Source of the DNA: Vulcanimicrobiota bacterium
GTDB taxonomy: Bacteria > Vulcanimicrobiota > Vulcanimicrobiia > Eremiobacterales > Eremiobacteraceae
Assembly (NCBI GenBank): GCA_963812135.1
Contig: CAWETU010000001.1
Span: 320,001-384,000 of the forward strand
Direction of reading: 5' to 3'
DNA: 64,000 bases
Shown here piece by piece: positions 60,050 to 64,000 of the stretch (positions within the stretch are counted from its first letter, which is position 1; the number at the start of each line of letters is the position of its first letter). Below the pieces are notes generated by a model. That model ran no database searches, was not told the DNA's origin, and saw only the letters and a program-made list of their open reading frames with translations. The position numbers and the translations under genes were made by a program.

Positions 60050-60465
60050 TGCGGTGCCGCCCGGCGCGGCAGCGCCAAGGAGCAGATCCACAGCGGACCG
60101 ACGAGCAGATGGACCAGATTCCGCAGGAACGCCGGCTTCTTGCCTTCGTACCCGTGGCCGACGAATTGGAAGATCCAGCCGACGACGAATGCGCCCACGG
60201 CGAGCGGCCACGGCGTATATCGTCCGGCGATATACAGCGCGGCGAACGCGACGAGCGCCACCAGTGCGAGCCGGACGTCGAGCGTAAGATAGTAGATGAT
60301 GATGAGCACGCCGACGACCAGGCCAAGATCGATCGGGCCGAGCTTGACCAGTTCCAGCAGCGAGAAGAGCGCCCACACGATCAGTGGAATGCCGATCTCG
60401 TGACAGATGAGATTCCGCCGGTCCGTATGGTACATGCCGTACTCGGCGAAGTATTTGTCGACCAT
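60046..60465 (-). CDS. Mpo1-like/DUF962 membrane protein
   Basis: YH...N...H.IGIP and QFVGH.YEGKKPAF. Confidence 0.85.
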   Translation of the reverse strand: MVDKYFAEYGMYHTDRRNLICHEIGIPLIVWALFSLLELVKLGPIDLGLVVGVLIIIYYLTLDVRLALVALVAFAALYIAGRYTPWPLAVGAFVVGWIFQFVGHGYEGKKPAFLRNLVHLLVGPLWICSLALPRRAAPQ

Positions 60466-60492
60466 AGTGATCACGCTCCGGTCACGGGATTC

Positions 60493-61146
60493 GTAAGAAC
60501 GGTCCTCGGCGCCCTCCTCGCGCTCATCCTCACCTCGACGACGGTCGCGCTGGGTGAGACGCTAGGCACCACGGTTGAAATACAGCCAGGATCACGAGCG
60601 ACTCCGATGCCCCAACCCACCCAGCCTCGTGAAACCATCATCCTTACCGACGAGTCGCTTCCGAGGGCAACTCCACCTCCGCTTGTGATCTGTTGTTCTC
60701 TTGAGATTATGACGCCGATGAGCTTCTTGTGGACTCAGGCGATGAAACCAGCCGGAGGCGTGATCGACTTCGGCGACGGGAGCCGCTCTTCGTTAACCGC
60801 TGGGCGTCGGGTCGCGCACACCTATTCGCGCTTCAGAACGTTTGTAGTAACCGTGACGCCGAGGGGTCGCAGCAATCCGGTCGTGACGCAGTCTCTTGAG
60901 ATTTCGCCGCCGATGCAGCCACCGGCGACACCACAGCTTGTCGCGCTGGCAGACGGTGCGCACTCAGGCGATAGCGTCATCTTCGTCCTTTTCTTGACGG
61001 CGATAGACGATTGCACGGCGCCCACGATCGAGTTCGGCGACGGTGCTGCCGGGACCATCCCATTTAACGGTGGGGCCGTGCACACATATCGTAGCGCCGG
61101 CGTCTACCACGCGACGGTCAATTACGATCATCGCTGCGCGCAGTGA
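60493..61146 (+). CDS. Secreted protein with two PKD-like repeats (start uncertain)
   Basis: Signal-like segment; DFGDG...HTY and EFGDG...HTY..AGVY. Confidence 0.55.
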   Translation, partial: VRTVLGALLALILTSTTVALGETLGTTVEIQPGSRATPMPQPTQPRETIILTDESLPRATPPPLVICCSLEIMTPMSFLWTQAMKPAGGVIDFGDGSRSSLTAGRRVAHTYSRFRTFVVTVTPRGRSNPVVTQSLEISPPMQPPATPQLVALADGAHSGDSVIFVLFLTAIDDCTAPTIEFGDGAAGTIPFNGGAVHTYRSAGVYHATVNYDHRCAQ

Positions 61147-61173
61147 GAACAGCTGCGCGCCGAAAGTCAAGAC

Positions 61174-61202
61174 TTGAATTGTCCGGCGTCAAGTGCTACC
61201 GT
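61174..61202 (+). promoter_or_regulatory. Promoter for the 6S RNA
   Basis: TTGAAT-17-TACCGT with an extended -10 TG. Confidence 0.55.
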
Positions 61203-61231
61203 AGGTCCACGTGCGAGCGATCGTACGAAAT

Positions 61232-61416
61232 GATCTCCCTGCGGTGTGCGTGAGCTTGCTTTGTGATTGAGCCAACGCAATCACAACGGGAGCCGATCTC
61301 CGAGCCGCTTTGAGCAAGCCCTCCTCGAGAGGGAAGCCTGTGTCCGGTTCGGGTGAGCACCCACCTGCTTAGCAGGTTCAGATCCCTTGCAGGTAACGGC
61401 ACTTCGGGGTAGAGCA
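61232..61416 (+). ncRNA. ssrS: 6S RNA
   Basis: About 185 nt with complementary ends. CCCTGCGGTGTGCGT, GGGAGC, CACCCACCTG, GGTTCA and AACGGCAC blocks match Bacillota-type 6S RNA as I recall it. Flanked by a promoter and a terminator. Confidence 0.8.
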
Positions 61417-61418
61417 AG

Positions 61419-61449
61419 AAAAACGGCTCGCGGATACGCGGGCCGTTTT
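61419..61449. terminator. Bidirectional intrinsic terminator
   Basis: AAAAACGGCTCGCG-GATA-CGCGGGCCGTTTT. Confidence 0.8.
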
Positions 61450-61451
61450 GA

Positions 61452-62135
61452 TTAGCGCAGCGCTTCCACCCAGCGGCTCAGCCGCGCCTCGTCAAGCTCG
61501 CCGCTCTCATCTTCCAGACTCACGAACCCGCGGAAACGCAGCGTGGCCGCCACATCGTAGCCGCGCGGCTGCATCGTCATGATCACTGCATCGCGCGAGT
61601 GGGGCTCCCACTGCACCGCCGCCGGGATCGCAAGGCGCAACCAGGCGGAATCGCATTCCTTGATCGCCCGGTTGACGTCGGCATCGTTCGCGACCAGCGT
61701 GCCCTCGCGCGGCGCCAACGCGAGGGTGACGTTGCGCAGCTTCGCATGGGCGCTCACGTATTTGAGCGCGCGGATCAGCTCGCGCCACGCGATGCCGGGC
61801 GAACCGCTTCCCGTGCCGCACCCGAAACGCAACAGCGGTGCGCCCACCGACGCGGCGTCGTCGAGCGCCTGCTTCAGCGCCTCGATCTGGGGATCCACGT
61901 CGCTATCGCCGAGCGCGATAGCCGTGTTGAGGCCCGCGATCGTCAGCTGCCGGTCGACGCACAGCTTCTTGATCTGCGCGAGATACTCTACGTCGCGCCG
62001 CGGGAAGTGCTCGTGGCTGAGATCGACGCCGCCGAGTCCGGGCTGCGCGCAGCAAATGTCGATCCACTCGAGCTGGGTGAGGTCGCCGCCCTCGATCCGG
62101 CGCGCAAAAGAGCGGGAGCTGAGCGCCAATCTCAT
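61452..62135 (-). CDS. Sugar phosphate isomerase/epimerase-like TIM barrel (AP endonuclease 2 family)
   Basis: MRLALSS..F, LGGVDL, A..VGAPLLR and FRGFVSLE; metal ligands look eroded. Confidence 0.65.
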   Translation of the reverse strand: MRLALSSRSFARRIEGGDLTQLEWIDICCAQPGLGGVDLSHEHFPRRDVEYLAQIKKLCVDRQLTIAGLNTAIALGDSDVDPQIEALKQALDDAASVGAPLLRFGCGTGSGSPGIAWRELIRALKYVSAHAKLRNVTLALAPREGTLVANDADVNRAIKECDSAWLRLAIPAAVQWEPHSRDAVIMTMQPRGYDVAATLRFRGFVSLEDESGELDEARLSRWVEALR

Positions 62136-62194
62136 CCGGCGCCGTTCTTCGCCACGGGGTCCCGCCCTTTCGAGGCGAACATCGATCCAACGAT

Positions 62195-62689
62195 ATGTCA
62201 AAATCGAAACACAAGCCGACAGGCCCGCCGCTGCTGCTCTTCGTCTGCTCTGGGAACATCTGCCGCAGCCCGATGGCCGAGGTCATCGCCGCCCACGCGG
62301 CGCAGGCGGCAGGCCTCGACATCCGCGTCGCGAGCAGCGGCACGATGGCGCTGGTCGGGTATCCCGCTGAGGAGACGGCGGAGCAGGTGGTCGCCGAGCT
62401 CGGGCTGGCGCTGGAATCCCATCGCGCGCGACAGACGACTCGAGACCAGATCCGCGAGGCGGTGCTGGTCGTGGCCGCGACGCGCCAGCATCACGCATGG
62501 CTGCGCCTCCACGAACCGCGCGCGTCGCATGTCGCCAGCTTCGACGAGCTCACCGGACTGGGCGACATCCCCGATCCCTACGGCGCGAGCCCAGAGGAGT
62601 ATCGTGCGGTGCGCGACATGCTCGTCGCGGGCATGCCGCGCGTGCTCGCCGCGCTCAAGGCCAGACAGCGCGCAAACGCGAACGATTGA
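62195..62689 (+). CDS. Low-molecular-weight protein phosphatase
   Basis: FVCSGNICRSPMAE and DIPDPYG. Confidence 0.9.
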   Translation: MSKSKHKPTGPPLLLFVCSGNICRSPMAEVIAAHAAQAAGLDIRVASSGTMALVGYPAEETAEQVVAELGLALESHRARQTTRDQIREAVLVVAATRQHHAWLRLHEPRASHVASFDELTGLGDIPDPYGASPEEYRAVRDMLVAGMPRVLAALKARQRANAND

Positions 62690-62698
62690 CGCATTCGC

Positions 62699-63178
62699 AT
62701 GAGCGCAAGCAACGCACATATCTTCCGCATCGCCGTCGGTGCTGACCATGCAGGCTTCATCTATAAACAGAAGCTGGCCGAGCTCTTGCGGGAGTGGGGG
62801 CACGAAGTCGTCGATTTCGGCACGTACTCGACCGATCCGGTCGACTATCCGCTCATCGCGTTCAAGGTCGCCGAAGCGGTGGCGAGCGGCGAGTTCGAGC
62901 GCGGCGTGCTCACCTGCGGGTCCAGCCTCGGCATCGCCATGGCAGCCAACAAAGTGCGCGGAGCACGCGCGGCGCCGATCGCGGAGCCGTACTCAGCGCA
63001 GCTCTCGCGCCAGCACAACCACGCGAACATCATCTGTTTCGCCGAACGGTTGACCGGTTGGGAGATGGTCGTCGAGTGCTTGCGGGTCTGGCTGGCGACC
63101 GACGAAGAAGAGGGCCGGCACGCGCGTCGCGTCGCCGAGATCGACGAATACGATCCGGATAGCAAGGAGCACGTCTGA
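62699..63178 (+). CDS. rpiB: Ribose-5-phosphate isomerase B
   Basis: GADHAG, VDYP, CGS, AANK, HN and GRHARRV. Confidence 0.93.
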   Translation: MSASNAHIFRIAVGADHAGFIYKQKLAELLREWGHEVVDFGTYSTDPVDYPLIAFKVAEAVASGEFERGVLTCGSSLGIAMAANKVRGARAAPIAEPYSAQLSRQHNHANIICFAERLTGWEMVVECLRVWLATDEEEGRHARRVAEIDEYDPDSKEHV

Positions 63179-63180
63179 CC

Positions 63181-64000
63181 GTGAACGCGCGTCTGCTCGA
63201 GCATGCGCCGCTGGCGACCGAAGATCCCGAGATCTATGACGCGATTCTCAAAGAAGAAGAACGTCAGCGCAAGAATCTCGAGCTGATCGCGTCGGAGAAC
63301 TACGTGAGTCCGGCCGTTCGCGAAGCCGCGGCCAGCGTCATGACCAATAAGTACGCCGAAGGCTACCCCGGCAGACGCTATTACGGCGGCTGCGAATTCG
63401 TCGACCTCGCCGAAACGCTCGCGATCGAACGCTTGAAGAAGCTGTTCGGCGTGGACTATGTCAACGTGCAACCCCATTCCGGCGCGCAAGCGAACATGGC
63501 GGTCTATTTCGCGGCGGTCAAGCCAGGCGACACCGTGATGGGCGCCGCGCTCGATCATGGCGGCCACCTCACGCACGGCAGCAAAGTCAACTTCAGCGGC
63601 AAGCTCTACAACGCGGTCGGCTACACGGTGAATCAGAAGACCGAGCAATTCGACTACGACGAGATCCGCGCGCTCGCCAAAGAGCACAAACCGAAACTGC
63701 TCGTAACCGGTTGGAGCGCGTATGCGCGCATCCCGGATTGGCAGGCGTTCGCGGATATCGCGCACGAGGTCGGCGCGGTGATGATGGCCGACATCGCGCA
63801 CGTCGCAGGCCTGGTCGCGACAGGCATCCACCCGTCGCCCGTCGGGATCGCCGACTACGTCACGACCACCACGCACAAGACATTGCGCGGCCCGCGCGGC
63901 GGCGCGGTCATGTGCGACGTCGAACGCGGCAAGCTGATCGCCAAGAACGTCTTCCCGGGTATCCAGGGAGGCCCGTTGATGCATATCATCGCCGCAAAAG
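63181..64000 (+). CDS. glyA: Serine hydroxymethyltransferase, 3' partial
   Basis: [31 protein letters not shown] and [13 protein letters not shown]; runs off the window end. Confidence 0.97.
   Translation, partial: MNARLLEHAPLATEDPEIYDAILKEEERQRKNLELIASENYVSPAVREAAASVMTNKYAEGYPGRRYYGGCEFVDLAETLAIERLKKLFGVDYVNVQPHSGAQANMAVYFAAVKPGDTVMGAALDHGGHLTHGSKVNFSGKLYNAVGYTVNQKTEQFDYDEIRALAKEHKPKLLVTGWSAYARIPDWQAFADIAHEVGAVMMADIAHVAGLVATGIHPSPVGIADYVTTTTHKTLRGPRGGAVMCDVERGKLIAKNVFPGIQGGPLMHIIAAK

Overview
This is a GC-rich bacterial chromosomal segment, mostly housekeeping genes: thiD, trpS, an aminotransferase, maf-mreBCD-mrdA, lysA, nadD-obgE-rpmA, fabF-rnc-smc-purH, hisS-accB, an ADP-heptose/LPS-core cluster, aspS and LMW phosphatase-rpiB-glyA, plus a 6S RNA. 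LPS genes occur together with Bacillota-like traits (N-terminally extended L27, Bacillota-type 6S RNA), which suggests a diderm Terrabacteria lineage such as Eremiobacterota/Vulcanimicrobiota (inference). I found no phage, transposase, CRISPR, rRNA or tRNA. Several genes are broken by apparent +1 insertions, most likely sequencing errors. The main signals missed by the ORF track are: (1) two paralogous 43- and 46-aa microproteins sharing the motif EL-x3-R-x2-LVR-x8-IF-x-GWG and a 5' leader motif, flanking a phosphoesterase and divergent from a CGNR/ABATE regulator; (2) a BCP peroxiredoxin whose catalytic codon is TGA followed by a SECIS-like hairpin, a probable selenoprotein; (3) a 16-aa Lys-rich micro-ORF with a strong RBS; (4) probable ATC and ATA start codons for smc and a dipeptide epimerase; (5) a DnaA-box triplet; and (6) a GH57-like protein with altered catalytic motifs.
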